Shown here: piece after piece, positions 63,181 through 64,000 of the stretch
Layout of the letters: every line of letters begins with the position of its first letter
Numbering within the stretch: position 1 is the stretch's first letter
Source of the DNA: Sarea resinae
Lineage: Eukaryota
Length of the DNA: 64,000 nucleotides
Reading direction: 5' to 3'
Assembly: GCA_026026165.1 (NCBI GenBank)
Contig: JAPEUD010000028.1
Location: forward strand, 186,001-250,000
Made by a program: the position numbers and the translations under genes
The notes under the pieces: model-generated
Database searches by the model: none
What the model was told of the DNA's origin: nothing
The model's input: the letters and a program-made list of their open reading frames with translations, nothing else

Positions 63181-64000
63181 GCCTCTTACATATGTAAGAG
63201 AGCTAAGTCGCTAGTACAGCGTATAATCCTAAACCTAACTGTCTAGCAGTCTAAGGATCTCCTCCTGCTGTAGAAAGCTAAGAGCTAGTGTGTATACTAA
63301 TATCACTACTTTGCTCTTGTCTTTACTAACTGCTTCCTAATATCCTCTTCTTATAGCAAGCATCCTCTAGATCCTCTAGACTAGTTTGTGTATTATTAGC
63401 CCTAAGCTGCTTGTTTAAGCATTAGTCGCTAGAATCTAATCTGCAACAAAATGTTGAATTGCCTTATTAGATATTGTCTTAACAACTAATGCAAAAGAAA
63501 CAAAGAGCTCTGCCTTTTAAGCTACACACAGCTTTAAAACCTAATAGAACTGCTCTAACACTAACTTTAAGTCAAGCACCTCCTTTAGATTAGCCACGTT
63601 CTACTTGTAGAGAATTAATAACTAAAGGATCTATTGTAGCAATTCGACTAGAAACAAATTAAGACTTATTATGCTATTTAGAAAGGGTTCTTAACGCAGA
63701 ACTTAGAGAGCGAATCTTGCTTAGAAAAGCAGAGAGTGAGCTGCCTGTTAGGTATGTATATAGGATAAAATTTATAATACTAAAGACTAATCTTTGATTC
63801 TATTGTGTACTTAGTTAGTATCTTAGAAAGCAGGGTTTTCTAAACAAAAGACACTTAGAGCAGAGCCTTATAACTATAAGATATATACTTGCTTAGTATA
63901 TAGATACTGTCTATTAATTAAGCAGATGTAAAACAATTATATAATAACCTGTTTCTAGAGAATAAGAATCCTAAAACATCCTTAACTAGCAGATAAGAAG

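Larger units (their letters stand above)
55219..64000. other. AT-rich RIP-like hypermutated block
   Basis: Abrupt GC drop, strong TpA excess (CTAG, TTAA, TATA) and CpA/TpG depletion. The ORF track has no ORF after 55309. Repeat copies differ mostly by transitions. Confidence 0.93.

Noticed and set aside
1..64000. tRNA, rRNA or intact transposase genes
   Set aside because: None recognised by eye; tRNAscan-SE and Infernal would be needed to exclude small RNAs.

Overview
Filamentous ascomycete genomic DNA, judged from short GT-AG introns with CTRAC-like branch points and a RIP-like block. There are three zones. (1) 1-~44,000 is gene-dense with about 18 mostly intron-containing genes: two alpha/beta hydrolases, a PAP2 lipid phosphatase, cutinase, PIG-S/Gpi17, a GNAT-like protein, a secreted amidase, a FATP/Fat1 acyl-CoA synthetase, an MFS transporter, a conserved hypothetical protein, an acid sphingomyelinase, a MARVEL-like membrane protein, a Zn2Cys6 transcription factor divergent from a Gal80-like oxidoreductase, and an ascorbate-oxidase-type multicopper oxidase convergent with a CCC1/VIT1 iron transporter. 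(2) ~44,200-55,200 is a decaying, gene-poor zone with pseudogene fragments, a 339-bp hAT-like MITE and one intact intronless DUF1989 gene. (3) ~55,220-64,000 is an abruptly AT-rich, TpA-saturated RIP-like block with tandem and dispersed repeats, a higher-order minisatellite and a destroyed ankyrin-repeat gene. The best candidates for something new are the oxidase-CCC1 pair with candidate SreA-type and CBC/HapX-type promoter sites, the Zn2Cys6/Gal80-like divergent pair, the MITE, and the RIP-erased gene-carrying element. All gene models were read by eye and exon boundaries are approximate.
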